Notes: generated by a model not told the origin, from the letters alone. Positions 42,200 to 53,883 are shown, counted from the first letter of the stretch. The stretch is 64,000 nucleotides of DNA from Candidatus Krumholzibacteriia bacterium (GCA_963836185.1 CAWIIQ010000001.1:192001-256000), one strand, 5' to 3'. Translations and numbers: made by a program.

Positions 42200-43387
42200 T
42201 CAGTTATTTTCGATGAATGTCCACGTCCGGCGGCCGCCGGTCGGATTGAACGATATCAGGGCCTCGCCCCCGCCAAAAGATCGCCTGTAAGTCAATATAC
42301 TGTCGGCTTTTCCTTCGACCACGAGTTGTGACAGCGGTTGCCCCGCGTCTATCTCGATCGACCATCCCCGGAAGGTGTATTCGTCCACGAGCTCAGTATA
42401 GAAACATCCCGTCAGCATGCTGGAAAGCATGCAGAACATGTTGTTGTACTCGATCGAGGCGTTGGTGAGGATGGACCAGGTTCTGCCATGAGCCTCAGTG
42501 AGCCAGCCTTCGGCCTGATTCTCGAGCAGGATCTCGAATCCGGCGCGGTCGGTGATGCCCCAGCACATATTGGGAAAGAGCTCGTAGAAGATCCCGTTGA
42601 GGTATCCGGCGAGTTCAGCGTCTTCCTGCGGCACTCTGCCGTTCGCGATCTGAATGAACCTGGGGCCGAGTCTCGACCTGATAGCGGCTACATAGTCTTT
42701 CTGCCACTGGAGATATACTTCCCGTTCGTTATCGTCGTCACCGATCAATATTCCGTTATCGTCGAGGTCGAGTTCCCCTTCAACGTTGTCGTTATAGGGG
42801 CTGATATAAGGCTGATACATGATGTAGTCATGCATCACTCCATCGATCGCTCCCGGCCAGGCGTCGGTGTATTTCTCGAGCATGTCGACGATATCGTTCA
42901 TCAGCCGCGTGTCGCCTTCCCCGGACTCGGTAATCGGATCGAGCAGTATGAGCCCCGGCCATACATGAAACGTGTCGCCCGTGGTCGACCATGCCCAGTT
43001 GTCTTCGAGGGTCCTGTAGTATTCGAGCTCCCACGGGAGCGTACTCGCGAGGTAAGCGGTATCGGGGTAGAGCTCCTTCACCTGTAGAACTGTGAGATAT
43101 CCGAGTATCTTGATGTCGGGATTGAGCTCCCGGAGCCGCGAGATGATATCGGTCGCATCAGGAGAGAAGCACCGCTCGATAGGAAAGATCAGCAGGCCCG
43201 CCCTGGCTGCCTCTGCGACAGTTGTCTCGTCCCACTCGAAGAAGTTGCTCCAGTGGGTTATCCCGCGCATCGGGTACTGCTCGAAAGGGTAGGATGATCT
43301 CTGGAGCTCTTCAGGGTCCGAGGGCGACGAAGAGCAGGCGAGAGAAAACGCCGCGGCTGCTACGACTATGATCAGGAACGAACGCAT
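42200..43387 (-). CDS. Lipoprotein with putative TIM-barrel glycoside hydrolase domain
   Basis: Lipobox SLAC; LNPDIKILGY, IDGVMHD, IQIANG and NGIFYE motifs. Confidence 0.6.
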   Translation of the reverse strand: MRSFLIIVVAAAAFSLACSSSPSDPEELQRSSYPFEQYPMRGITHWSNFFEWDETTVAEAARAGLLIFPIERCFSPDATDIISRLRELNPDIKILGYLTVLQVKELYPDTAYLASTLPWELEYYRTLEDNWAWSTTGDTFHVWPGLILLDPITESGEGDTRLMNDIVDMLEKYTDAWPGAIDGVMHDYIMYQPYISPYNDNVEGELDLDDNGILIGDDDNEREVYLQWQKDYVAAIRSRLGPRFIQIANGRVPQEDAELAGYLNGIFYELFPNMCWGITDRAGFEILLENQAEGWLTEAHGRTWSILTNASIEYNNMFCMLSSMLTGCFYTELVDEYTFRGWSIEIDAGQPLSQLVVEGKADSILTYRRSFGGGEALISFNPTGGRRTWTFIENN

Positions 43388-43641
43388 ATTGCGATACCTT
43401 GTCTGTTTCCGGGAGTAAATATGGTCCACTACAGGGCATTACCGGATATCATCGGGAATACCCTGCGGTCGCCGTTCCCGGCCGGCGGCTGTCGCTGAGG
43501 GAAGATGCAATGGAGGTGCCGTAACCTGTCCCGCGCCGATTATAACGGTTCTATTTGAGACCCTGCTGATGTAAAATCACCTCCAGCTGACGTTCAGAAG
43601 AAGATAATACCCGGGGAATGCACCCGAAAGGAGAACCGAGG

Positions 43642-44541
43642 ATGGAAGATATTCTTGATCTCGCGTGGAAATGGCTGACGACAGGCGGCCTGAAGATACT
43701 GGTGATCTTGATCATCTCTTTTATCGTTATCCGTATCGTTTCGGTTGTGACTAAAAGGACCAAGGCACGGATGGACAGGAAGGTCGATAGCGATATCGAG
43801 TTGATGAAGCGCACGGAGACCCTCTCGAAGCTGGTCAGGAAGACCGTGAAGGCGCTGGTTCTGATCGCAGCCGCGCTGATGATCCTTCAGAATCTGGGGA
43901 TAAACATCGGCCCGCTGCTCGCCGGCGCGGGGATAGTCGGGCTGGCCGTCGGGTTCGGGGCCCAGAGCCTCGTAAAGGACGTCATAAGCGGATTTTTCAT
44001 ACTTCTCGAGAATCACATGAATGTAGGCGATGTCGTGGATATCGCAGGCAAGGGGGGGTTGGTCGAATCGATCAACCTGCGGGTCACGAGGCTGAGGGAC
44101 TGGGAAGGGAACGTTCATGTCATCCCCAACGGTGAGATCGCTGTCCTGACAAACCTTACGAAGGGATTCTCGCGGGCGGTGTTCGAGATAGGCGTCGCCT
44201 ACAAGGAGAACGTCGACGAGGTGATGCGGGTGATGAAGGATGTCGCCGACGAGATGGTGAAGGATCCGGATTGGAGCCGCCGCATCCTCGAGCCGATGGA
44301 GGTGGCCGGTCTCGACAGCTTCGGGAACTCCTCGGTCAATATCAAGGCCAGGATGGCTACGAAACCACTCGAGCAATGGAACGTGATGAGGGAGTACAGG
44401 CGCAGGCTGAAGAATGTCTTCGATGAGAAGGGTATCGAGATCCCGTTCCCGCATGTGACTCTTTACATGGGAGAAGGGGAGAACAAGGGTGTGCTGAAGA
44501 TCAACAAGACAGCAGATGCGGTGAAAGATACTTCGGTGTGA
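43642..44541 (+). CDS. Small-conductance mechanosensitive channel (MscS/YbiO-like)
   Basis: AGAGIVGLAVGFGAQ, VGDVV, IPNG, GIEIPFP. Confidence 0.93.
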   Translation: MEDILDLAWKWLTTGGLKILVILIISFIVIRIVSVVTKRTKARMDRKVDSDIELMKRTETLSKLVRKTVKALVLIAAALMILQNLGINIGPLLAGAGIVGLAVGFGAQSLVKDVISGFFILLENHMNVGDVVDIAGKGGLVESINLRVTRLRDWEGNVHVIPNGEIAVLTNLTKGFSRAVFEIGVAYKENVDEVMRVMKDVADEMVKDPDWSRRILEPMEVAGLDSFGNSSVNIKARMATKPLEQWNVMREYRRRLKNVFDEKGIEIPFPHVTLYMGEGENKGVLKINKTADAVKDTSV

Positions 44542-44599
44542 ATACCGGCGGCAGGCCGGGTCGGACCTTCTTCCGGGAACCCCGGAAGTATCAGGAGCC

Positions 44600-45352
44600 T
44601 CAGCCGCCCTTGATAGTTATATACCGGACGATGAGCTCGGGCCTCAGCCCGACGGCGGCGGTTTCTCTCATATATACGTGCAGGAACGCGGCCTCTCCCC
44701 CTGTCCGTGGTGTCAGAAGCACTCCGTGGTTTCTCGGCGGTATCTTTATCCAGTTCTCGACCCTGGCCGGATCGAGCTCGAATGTGACAGAGGTGTCGGC
44801 TTTTATTTCTTTCGAATCCATCAGGTCGAGGTGGTCTCCACCTTCGGCCGTCCATTGAGAGACCCCGTCATCGACGTAGAGCCAGGATACACCTTCGCCT
44901 AAGTACCCTTCTTCCCATGAGCCGGTGTAAGTTGCGGGAACCGTCGCTTCCCAGGCGTCGAGCCAGATCGTGCGGTTGGTATCCTCGGGTTCGAAGTGCA
45001 GCGTCATGTGGGCGCTGGCTACACTCCCGCAGTCCGTTATGGAGGTGAGATCGAACCTGACGAGCAGCCTGCGCTCGTAAAGCGAGCCCCCGATCTCAGC
45101 CACGCCGAGTGTATCTAAAGAGGCCGTCCCGTTGTTGCTCTCCCTCATGGTCCAGCTTGCGCCGTCTCTTATTACGGCGTCCCGTGTGCCGAGATAGGAG
45201 GGAAGCGGCTCCGCGCCGTCCCTGAATATCACTGTTGTCGTGTCTGAATCTCCCGGAGGTCCTGTATTGCTGCTGCATCCGATCCCCGCCAGGACAACGG
45301 CGGCTACGGCGGCGAAAAGTATGATACGGGTCCTTGTCTTCATTATCATCAT
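44600..45352 (-). CDS. DNRLRE/CBM96-like domain lipoprotein
   Basis: Lipobox GIGC; GTRDA.I, RLLVRFDL, NHGVLL, RPELIV.Y. Confidence 0.7.
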   Translation of the reverse strand: MMIMKTRTRIILFAAVAAVVLAGIGCSSNTGPPGDSDTTTVIFRDGAEPLPSYLGTRDAVIRDGASWTMRESNNGTASLDTLGVAEIGGSLYERRLLVRFDLTSITDCGSVASAHMTLHFEPEDTNRTIWLDAWEATVPATYTGSWEEGYLGEGVSWLYVDDGVSQWTAEGGDHLDLMDSKEIKADTSVTFELDPARVENWIKIPPRNHGVLLTPRTGGEAAFLHVYMRETAAVGLRPELIVRYITIKGG

Positions 45353-45389
45353 GTTATGAATATTAGAGGAAATCCACGGAACACAATAG

Positions 45390-46808
45390 CTATTTGTCTC
45401 GCGGGGCCCGAAAATCACCAGCGTCGATGCCGTGCTTCTTCATCAGGTCATGCAGAGTGGGGCGGCTCACACCCAGCTCGCCGGCCGATGCCGATACGTT
45501 TCCGGATGTGCGAAGAAGGGTGGCGATCACCATTCCCTTTTCGAGCCTCTCTTTTGCCTCTTTGAGTGACATCTCGCCCGCGATGTCTATTGGAGGGCTC
45601 TCGGCGGGCGTATTTTCTCCAGCCTCATCCTCGAACGGGATATCGAGGTCGGAGGGCTGGATCAGGTTGGCGGCGGCCATTATGACGCCGCGCTTGACCC
45701 TGTTGTCCAGTTCCCTGACATTGCCCGGCCAGCGGTACGAGTGGATCGCCTCGATGGCGGACCTGCTGTAGCCTTTCAGGCCGCGTGAGAACTCCGAGCT
45801 GTAACGGTGCAGGAGTCTCGTGGCCAGCAGAAGGATGTCGTCGCCCCTGTCGCGCAGGGGAGGCATCGAGATCCTGACTGTGTTGATACGGTAAAAGAGG
45901 TCCTCGCGGAATTTCTTCTCCGCGATCATTTCCTCGAGATCGCTGTTTGTCGCCGCGATGACGCGAACATCGACCTGGATCGGCGCTCCGCCTCCGACCC
46001 TCTCGACGACCTGGTCCTGGAGGAATCTCAGAAGCTTTACCTGCAGGGCCTGCGGGAGCTCGCCGATCTCATCGAGGAAGAGGGTGCCTCCATCGGCGGT
46101 TTCGAACTTCCCGGCCTTTGTCGCGTGCGCCCCCGTGAAACTTCCCTTTTCATGGCCGAAAAGTTCGCTCTCGAGAAGGTTCTCCGGGATCGCCCCGCAG
46201 TTGATCGGGATGAAGGGGCCGCCATTGCGGGTCGACTTGTTGTGGAGAGCCCGGGCGATCAGTTCCTTTCCCGTACCGCTCTCACCCGTTATAAGGACCG
46301 AGACGCCGGTCGGCGCGATGCGGCGTACCGACTCGAAGATGCCGAGCATCGGTTCTGACATCCCGATGACTCCCTCGAACTCGTGACCCCGGGCATATCC
46401 TTCCTTCAGTTTCGCGAGTTCTCTCTCGAGGGACCGTATATAGAAAGCCCTTTGAAGGATCACCCTGAGCTCCTCGACATCTACCGGCTTGGCGTAGAAA
46501 TCGAGCGCTCCGGTCTCGATCGACTTCAGTGCATTCTCCATATCGTCGTGCCCGGTGATCATAACGACCTTGATCTGCGGGTCTATGCTCAGCGCTGACT
46601 CGAGCACGTCGAATCCCTCGAGTTCGGACGCGTCGTCTGTCAGGGAGAGGTCGAGGATCATGACCGAAGGTGAATGCTGCCTGACAGCGGACAATGCCTC
46701 ATCGGCGGACACGGCAGTAATGATGTCATAGTCGTTTTTGAAGGCCCACCTGAGCTGCTTGAGGATCGTCTCTTCATCATCGACTATTAGAAGTCTGTCC
46801 ATATTCAA
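45390..46808 (-). CDS. prsR: PEP-CTERM-box sigma54 response regulator PrsR
   Basis: Receiver domain (LIVDD, ILDLSL), GESGTGKE, GSFTGA, Fis HTH (GVSRPTL); exosortase context. Confidence 0.88.
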   Translation of the reverse strand: MNMDRLLIVDDEETILKQLRWAFKNDYDIITAVSADEALSAVRQHSPSVMILDLSLTDDASELEGFDVLESALSIDPQIKVVMITGHDDMENALKSIETGALDFYAKPVDVEELRVILQRAFYIRSLERELAKLKEGYARGHEFEGVIGMSEPMLGIFESVRRIAPTGVSVLITGESGTGKELIARALHNKSTRNGGPFIPINCGAIPENLLESELFGHEKGSFTGAHATKAGKFETADGGTLFLDEIGELPQALQVKLLRFLQDQVVERVGGGAPIQVDVRVIAATNSDLEEMIAEKKFREDLFYRINTVRISMPPLRDRGDDILLLATRLLHRYSSEFSRGLKGYSRSAIEAIHSYRWPGNVRELDNRVKRGVIMAAANLIQPSDLDIPFEDEAGENTPAESPPIDIAGEMSLKEAKERLEKGMVIATLLRTSGNVSASAGELGVSRPTLHDLMKKHGIDAGDFRAPRDK

Positions 46809-46832
46809 ACCTGACCGTACCTTTCCGGGCAG

Positions 46833-48932
46833 CTATTCGCCGGCTGGCATCTCTGCCTTTACTGTCGCTCCTCCTCCGGGGAGGCTGGAGACCGAGATAG
46901 CTCCGCCATGTGCCTCGGCAAGCGATTTACACAGGACCAGTCCTACTCCCAGGCCGTTTTTCTTCGTGCTCATGAACGGCCGGAACAGGCCGTTCTCCAG
47001 GAACTCCCTGTCGAACCCGGGCCCGTCGTCGCTGACGATGACCGTCAGCGTATCTCTGTGGCGGGCGATCCTGACTTCGATCGTCCCGCCTTCGGCCACA
47101 GCCTCGATCGAGTTGATCACCAGGTTCTCCAGGATGCGGGACAGGGCCGCCGGATCGATAAAAACCGGCACGGAGCCTTCCGATTCGAGGCTGATCTCGA
47201 CGTCCTTTCTCGATGCCATCTGCCTGAGAGAGGCTATCTTTTCTTTTGCCGTTGAAGCTGCATCGATCGACGTCCGCGAGATCGAGGTGGGAGCCTTGTG
47301 CGCGTTAAGCGAAGCGATCAGCCGCCGCATCTTCTGCACCGACCTCTCGACCGTATCGATCGCGTCTTCCTGAAATTCCCTGTCGTGGATATTATCCCTG
47401 GCGTTTTCGGCAGTCAAGGAGAGCATGCCGACGGTATTTTTAAGGTCGTGGATCACGAAGGAGGCGAACCTGTTGAAAGATTCGAGCTGTTTTGATTCGA
47501 GGTGCCGTTCCTCCATCAGAAGGTTCTCAAGGGCGAGCGCGCCCTGGTCTGTTATCGTGGTGAGAAAATCACGGTCTTCTTCCGACCAGGGCCTTCCGAA
47601 ATCTTTTCGCCCGAGAGCGATGAATCCCCTCGCCTCTCCTCCTATGGTCAGGAATGATACGGTCCTTACCCAGGGGTGAAGCTCCATAGTCCGGGTGGTT
47701 ACTTTCGCATTCCGGTCCGGCCCGTGAGCGAGCCGCCTGGGCCCCGGTATCATGATCAGGGGCGAGCCGGCGTAAAGTTCCATCATGCCTCCCGAAGCGG
47801 CGGCTGCGAGCTCTTCCTTCTCCAGTCCGTAATCGGCCAATTTGTTCCCGCTGATGCCGACGTAGATAAAGCCTTTCTTGACCATCATCGTCTCGCAGAG
47901 AGAGCTTATCGTGTTGGATAGAAGATCCTCGATCGTCGAGCTGGAAGTCATCATGCGCGCGTAATGGCGCCACTCACGCCTGTAGTTGTAGAGGCCCGGC
48001 CTGAAGTTCTCGTTGATGAATACCCGCAGATGGCGTCTTGCCTTCCCCGATATCAGGATGGCGAGGAGGATGAATATCGCAAAGACCGATGCGACCATCG
48101 TGCCGAACCTCTCATACGGCATCCCGATAAGATCAGAGGCCCATGTTATCAGCGCGAAGGCGAGAAGATAGAGGCCCGCGATGACGACACTGACGACCGA
48201 AGAGGCTTTCCCTTTCTCGGGCATCGTCCTTATCTCGAATATGGGGTATCTCCATCCCGTGTAGAAGATCGTGATGCAGAAGATGATCACGCCGAGAGCT
48301 CCTATCGAAATGAAGTAGTCGTCCACTTCGGAGAGCATCACCAGCCTGCTCATGATTATGAAGTTCATGGTCGAGGCAAGGATCGTCCCGAGCAGCGGAT
48401 ATTTCAGGGTTACCTTCGCCGGGACATTGGCGGCCCTGTACGTGTTTTCAAAAGAATGAAGAAGCAGCACGTTGACGGCGAGAGCCAGCAGCGCGAGGAG
48501 CTGGCCGGTGGATGTGACCCCGATCCTCCAGAGTCCGCCTCCCTCGGCGAGCTGGAACCGGTTGACGATCAACTCGACAGGAAGGAGCAGCGCCGTCGCT
48601 GCGAGCAGCGTTCCGAGCGTGATCATGCCGGGGAGCCAGCGTCTCAGCCTGTTTGCCGCGTCGTTCCGGCCGAAAAACGCGAAGAACGGGATTGCGAGAG
48701 CTGGAGAGAAGATGATCAGGGCGAGATGGATCTGGAGCCGGCTCATTACCTCTTCCGCCGACCTGGAAACGAGGGCGAATGTCAGGGCTGCCATCGAGGC
48801 AAAGATGCTCAGAGCCCAGAGGATGAAGAGCGTCTTCTGCGTGTTCCTCTTCCCGGACGCGATGTGTATCACCGCGAGCAGCAGCATCAGGGCGGATGAT
48901 GCCCCGGCCAGGATGGCTGTTATGGTGATCAT
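46833..48932 (-). CDS. prsK: PEP-CTERM system membrane histidine kinase PrsK
   Basis: Probable start MITITAIL at 48932; multi-TM N-terminus, YNYRREW, FNRFASFVIHDLKN, DDGPG, GLGVGL. Confidence 0.88.
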   Translation of the reverse strand: MITITAILAGASSALMLLLAVIHIASGKRNTQKTLFILWALSIFASMAALTFALVSRSAEEVMSRLQIHLALIIFSPALAIPFFAFFGRNDAANRLRRWLPGMITLGTLLAATALLLPVELIVNRFQLAEGGGLWRIGVTSTGQLLALLALAVNVLLLHSFENTYRAANVPAKVTLKYPLLGTILASTMNFIIMSRLVMLSEVDDYFISIGALGVIIFCITIFYTGWRYPIFEIRTMPEKGKASSVVSVVIAGLYLLAFALITWASDLIGMPYERFGTMVASVFAIFILLAILISGKARRHLRVFINENFRPGLYNYRREWRHYARMMTSSSTIEDLLSNTISSLCETMMVKKGFIYVGISGNKLADYGLEKEELAAAASGGMMELYAGSPLIMIPGPRRLAHGPDRNAKVTTRTMELHPWVRTVSFLTIGGEARGFIALGRKDFGRPWSEEDRDFLTTITDQGALALENLLMEERHLESKQLESFNRFASFVIHDLKNTVGMLSLTAENARDNIHDREFQEDAIDTVERSVQKMRRLIASLNAHKAPTSISRTSIDAASTAKEKIASLRQMASRKDVEISLESEGSVPVFIDPAALSRILENLVINSIEAVAEGGTIEVRIARHRDTLTVIVSDDGPGFDREFLENGLFRPFMSTKKNGLGVGLVLCKSLAEAHGGAISVSSLPGGGATVKAEMPAGE

Positions 48933-50431
48933 CTCGTGCCTCTGATCCTCTCGACCTGTTTCAGGGCTTCCGCAGCCAGGGCCGTGCCTGGATACTTCGA
49001 TGCGCAGCTCTGGAGTATTTCTGCGGCCCGTTCCGGGTCGTCGAGCTCGGTCTCGTATATCGCCGCCGCCATCAAGGCAGTTTTCCTTGAACTTGTGGTA
49101 CTGAGGGTACCTGCCCGGCAGCGCGAGAAGGCGAGAGGCGGCTTCTTCCCAGCGTTCCTGCTCGACGAGGGTCCGTACATGGTATTCTTCAGCGACTATA
49201 CGGATCATCTCGGAGTATTGCGTCGACGAGAGATGGTCATAATGCTCTGCCGCTCTTTCATACGCCGCCTCGAGCGCCTCCGCTTCACCTGTCGTCCTGT
49301 AGTGCGCCGCGATGCGAAGCGGCGCCTCCATTCCCTGTATCGTTGTCGGGAAGCTGGTGTATACCGATTTGTAGTGAAGGGATGCCTCGACCCAGTTGCC
49401 CCTGCTCTCCTCGAGAATAGCGAGCTGCCAACGGGCCTCGACCGCTTCCGGGCCTGGACCTCCGTATTCCTCCAGTACCCTGTTGTACGCCGCCGCCGCG
49501 GCGTCGTATTTTTTATCTTCGAGGAGGATGTTTCCCTTCATCAGAAGGGCCGTAGGAGCTTCCTTCGACCGGGGATGCGCGGTGACGATCTTGTCGAAGA
49601 CCGATATGGCTCTTTCCCGGTCCCCGAATCCGTCGAGCTCGATGCGGGCTTCGAGGAACAGAAGGCTCGGGATGTCGGCCTGGTCACCGTAGATCTTCCT
49701 CATATCCCGGATCGTTTCTCTCGCTTCTGTCCATTTCTCGGAAAGAAGGTATGTGCTGACGAGGTTGTACCTTGCTTCCTTCTTTAAATCATCCGGCGCG
49801 TTCGAGCAGGATTATATGACTGTAGATCTTTTCGGCCTCGCCGAGCCATTTATTCGCGCAGCCGGAGTCGGCCGTGCTCTGCAGATCTCCGCGATGCGGA
49901 TCGGCGTCAGAAGATATCGCCTGTTGAGCGGGCAGTATCGACGATCCGGTCGCCGGAGAGATATTCTTCGTGAAATTTGGTGAAGAGTCCAGGGCCCGTC
50001 GGTGTCGCCGCTCTCGCGCGAGATGAACGATGCCGACCACAGGGCGTTCGCCCTGGCCGCCGGCACGGTTCCCGCGATCTCGTACGCGTAAAGGAAATCT
50101 TTCCGCGCGTCTTCGAACATCGATGCCCTGAACTCGAGTTCCGCCAGTTCCATCTGCGCCGTGACGACGATGAGATTCATTCCCTCGATGCTTTTCGATG
50201 TCGCCGGAGTAATCGCTCGATTATCTTCCTGTACGCTGCCAGTGTCCTGTCGAGAAAATCCATGTTGAGGGTCGGGAAGGTGAGCTCCGAGGCATGTCTT
50301 CGTGCGTCGAAGAGGGCCTTTTCCGCCTCGTACGTCGGTGATTTGTCATCTCCGCCGCATCCGGAACAGATTATCAGGCCGGCGGCCAGCAGTGACAGTG
50401 GCAGCGATCGTCAGGATGGAATGATCTTCAT
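48929..50431 (-). CDS. TPR lipoprotein (multiply frameshifted)
   Basis: AAGGAG RBS and ATG at 50431; lipobox-like CSGC; TPR/BamD-like repeats (HPRS.EA, YPGT..A..A) in several frames. Confidence 0.65.
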
Positions 50432-50448
50432 CTTTGCTCCTTCCGGCG

Positions 50449-51362
50449 TCATCCCGCGCCGCCAAGATCGAGGCTTGTGCCGGCCGGCCGGTCGACCTTT
50501 CTCGCGAGGAAGATCACCGTTGACGAGGCGGTTATCAGGTATGTCGAGACAGTTCCATCACTCTCGACGCGATATGGTTGTGGATCATGAAATCAGGGGA
50601 GAGTTGAAGCGCTATCATCTCGGCTTTCATGTCGAGCAGGATGATCGGGACGGTCAGCAGAAATGGCACGGCTACGATGAGCAGCGTCTTGGTGAATGTC
50701 CGCAGCGAGAGGGATATCCCCGAGGCCAGCGCGGCGGCGGCAGAAAAACCGTCGATCATGATGAAAGGGATGGCGTAGACGAACAGTGACTGGATCATCA
50801 GGCCCAGCGCTATCCCGCCTCCGAGGGCCGCGTACCTCGCCGGTCCATCCATGCCGGCGGAGAGCCAGGAGCCGAGAAGGACCACGCCGTAAACGGCTGC
50901 CGATGAGATGATCGAGACACCCAGCAGGTGTGGATAGCGTGCGGCCGGCAGCGGAGAAGGCGCGTGGAATGGAAAGTCTGCCCTTCCGCATCGCTCTCGC
51001 TACGAGGTATACAGTCGCGCCGTGAAACAGCGACTTGAGGAAGACCTCGAGGACCATCTCGATCCGTCCAAGTATGGGCTGGAGCAGCAGCAGGTGCGCC
51101 GGATAGTGGCCCAGTGTCTCTGGGGTGACGCCGCCTACGGGCAGCGCCCAGAGGCGGGCGAGCGGCCCTGAGTTTCCGACAAGATAAATCGTCAGCAGGA
51201 GCATCTGCAGAAGGAAGTAGACCAGGTAGGGAGCGGCGACCCCCGGCGATCGATCAGAAGGGTCAGCGAGGCATGGAACGCCTGAAATGCGGATGAGATG
51301 CTTCTCGCCAGGCTCCGCCGTTCCGCGGCGTCGGCGCTGCCCTTGATTATTACTTTTGACAT
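50449..51362 (-). CDS. Polytopic membrane protein (frameshifted)
   Basis: Hydrophobic segments across ORFs 50593-51204 and 50535-50885; ends approximate. Confidence 0.55.
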
Positions 51363-51369
51363 GCCTGTA

Positions 51370-52039
51370 TCAGCTCCCGTCGTCGTTTTTCCGTGGCTGT
51401 AAGCGCCTCGATGCACGTGCGGCGAGATATCTTCTATGAATCCGACGAGGCCGGCCCTGACGGCCTCATCCCCACCAGCCGGGATCAGGGTCGAAAATCT
51501 GATGAACGAGGCCGCCTGGGACCGGGCAAGCAGCGCGCTCGTCATCTGGTGCCATTTCAGCGCGAACTCGTTCGGTATCGTCATGCCCCGCATGCTGAAC
51601 CAGTAGATGACGAGCTGCCTGTTGTCGCCGTCGGATATGATCAGCTTCCGGGCCGGCTGAGTCCGTTCCCCCGATATCGAGGTCGATCGATCCCTCGGAG
51701 AGTATATCCCAGCCCGCTCCGGGGTAACAATGTTTCGGTGAGTGAATCTGCGAATTCTCCTGCTGGTCGGCGAAGTACCCGATAAAGACATCTATCGAGT
51801 TGCCTCCCAGGTCGACATACGAACGGGCGAGGGTCATGATCGGCGCCCAGGACCCTCAGGGATTCGGGAGAGATATATTCATCCCGGGCCGTGTATCCGC
51901 TGAGGGTGCGCGGTATCGATTCCAGGTCGGGCGGTTCCGGCTGCGGCACGGTCCTCAGTCTCAGCGACCAGGTATACGCGCAGAGCACGGCCAGGATGAC
52001 GACGACCGTTATGATTTTTTTCGTCGATACTGAGTCCAT
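51370..52039 (-). CDS. epsI: Exosortase-associated EpsI family protein (frameshifted)
   Basis: IHSPKHCYPGAGW, LVIYWF and FIRFS motifs; 3' end approximate. Confidence 0.85.
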
Positions 52040-52885
52040 CTCAATATTCCCGCGCAAAGGAGCAGCATCAGAAAACCGGCCATGAATACTATGATCCCCG
52101 ATGCTTCGTGCAGCGGGCCGTCCGCGAATCCCGGGCCGATAAAGAACGCGCCCAGGGCGGTGACGACCAGCCTGACGGTGTTTGCCGCGATGGCGGCGGG
52201 CACCGAGAGGAGGACGAGGATAAATTTCCTTGCCTTTCGACATATCGGAGAAGAACGCGAATACAACGGCAAGTGTGAACATCGTCATCAGGGAGCGAAG
52301 TCCGCTGCAGGCGGCTACCACCTCGAGGGTGTAGCCGGGGAGCAGCAGGATATTCCCTTTGCGGATCACGCTTACCCTCATGGCTGTCAGACATCGCTGC
52401 GCTGAGTTTCGCGCTCAGCATCTGCATGGGAAAAGTGATCTTGAAGTAGATGATATATGGAAGGGGGACCATCAGGAGAAGGAGCAGCAGGGGAGGTCCG
52501 GCGACCCTGGTGAAGTCCCAGGCCCATGAGGAAGAGGACCGCTCCGAGGATCATCAGGGGCAGCGAGATCCTCATCGCGAAATTCTCGGCCGCCGCGGTT
52601 CCCGTGATCAGCAGGCCTGCCGCGGCGAAGATCAGCAGGAGCCCCGGGGCATCTCTCCGCCTCCGCTGCCTGTCTCCCGGAGTGCGTCGCGCCTTTTCCA
52701 GAGCAACAGGGCCGACACGAGCGGGATGAGGATGCCGTGGCGGTAGTTCGAGTCATCGAGCCATTGCCGTACCAGAGAGGAGACGACAGGCGCATACAGC
52801 AGCCAGCGAGCAGGACGAGCGCTGCGATCGTCAATATCGTGTTGGTCCGGGCCGTACGGCCCTGTTTTTCGGGCGGCACCGGCAA
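52009..52885 (-). CDS. xrt: Exosortase (EpsH family; frameshifted)
   Basis: VPLP...FPMQ, LEVVAACSGLRS (Cys), ANTVR (Arg), LHEASG (His); GGAGGAG RBS before TTG. Confidence 0.88.
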
Positions 52886-53018
52886 AAGGGCTCCTCCCAG
52901 TGATTCCAGGATGAAACCTTTATATATCTTCAAGCGGATTATAACAAGAGTTATGCCACTTGGCGGGATGTGAAAGGACGGGCAAGGGATGTCAGTGGCA
53001 GGTGCTGGGAGAGGAGAT

Positions 53019-53057
53019 AAAAAAAGGGCGGGTGCCCGATGGATCACACCCGCCTTT
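53019..53057 (-). terminator. Rho-independent terminator after the PEP-CTERM gene
   Basis: Stem AGGCGGGTG/CACCCGCCC followed by a T run on the minus strand. Confidence 0.8.
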
Positions 53058-53078
53058 GAACAAGGGTTATACCCCTGA

Positions 53079-53798
53079 CTATCGCTTTTTTCTTCTCAGA
53101 AGAGGCGCGATCCCGAGCAGGCCGAGGCCGAGGAGACTCAGCGTGGAAGGCTCGGGAGTAGCGTAGTAGGACGAGTCATGAAACTGTGAGTTAGTAATGG
53201 TGTTGCCCTGGCGTCGACTCCGATGGCGTCGAAATGTGCCCAGTCGAAGCCGCGGACGACGACATTCATCGTGAGTCTCGTCGCCCCAGCCGGGAGTGCC
53301 GATCTGGCCGAATCCGTAGTGCATCGCACCGGTCTGGTCATTGTCGATCCGTCCGATATTGAGGAAGCTGTAACTTTCTGCCAGGGAGGGACCGTTGAAA
53401 AGAATCGCCGGGCTGGGGCTTGTGCCGGTCGGGATCGAGTTCATCCACTTCTCGAACGCGGAGATCTCGACGCCGTTGATATAGACCGATCCCATCTGGT
53501 CCCTGGGGACGCTCATCGCGAGGTAGCAGTCCATGTAGTCGTATGAAGGAGTAGCGTACGTAGGGCGGTCCGAAGTGAATGCAGTGGTGCTGTTCACTTC
53601 CTCACCCCAGTAGCCGACGACCTTGAGGTCGAAGTTGTTCGAGCTCGATACCCAGGTCATATAATCCAGCCCCGAATGGTAGACCGAGTACTGTGAGTCC
53701 ACGATGTACGTCTGGAGCCTTGGAACCGCTGCCGCAGGAACCGAAAGCGCGAGAGCCATCAGGACCGCCAGGCTTATGAATATCGATCTCTTCATCAT
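53079..53798 (-). CDS. PEP-CTERM protein with choice-of-anchor-N-like domain
   Basis: Signal peptide, AVPRLQTYI mature start, C-terminal TPEPSTLSLLGLGLLG...RRKKR. A short compensated frameshift is likely (HFDA motif appears in another frame). Confidence 0.92.
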   Translation of the reverse strand: MMKRSIFISLAVLMALALSVPAAAVPRLQTYIVDSQYSVYHSGLDYMTWVSSSNNFDLKVVGYWGEEVNSTTAFTSDRPTYATPSYDYMDCYLAMSVPRDQMGSVYINGVEISAFEKWMNSIPTGTSPSPAILFNGPSLAESYSFLNIGRIDNDQTGAMHYGFGQIGTPGWGDETHDECRRPRLRLGTFRRHRSRRQGNTITNSQFHDSSYYATPEPSTLSLLGLGLLGIAPLLRRKKR

Positions 53799-53867
53799 CT
53801 TGCTCCTTCTGCAAGTGTCGGAATTCTTTATAATCCCGTAATTATTCGTATCTTCACCGGTATTATC

Positions 53868-53883
53868 CGCAAGCGCCGTGCCA
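53868..53883 (-). promoter_or_regulatory. Consensus sigma54 promoter TGGCACGGCGCTTGCG
   Basis: Exact TGGCACG-N4-TTGC match 70 bp upstream of the PEP-CTERM gene. Confidence 0.92.

Noticed and set aside
46833-49703. Apparent 956-aa TPR-histidine kinase fusion
   Set aside because: Off-frame-looking linker (DGGGDIRDRARRPG...). The TPR protein continues in another frame to 48929 and PrsK has its own overlapping ATG at 48932, so this is a frameshift artefact.
51192-51791. Apparent EpsI-membrane protein fusion ORF
   Set aside because: Produced by frameshifts; the membrane gene has its own GGAG RBS and ATG at 51362.
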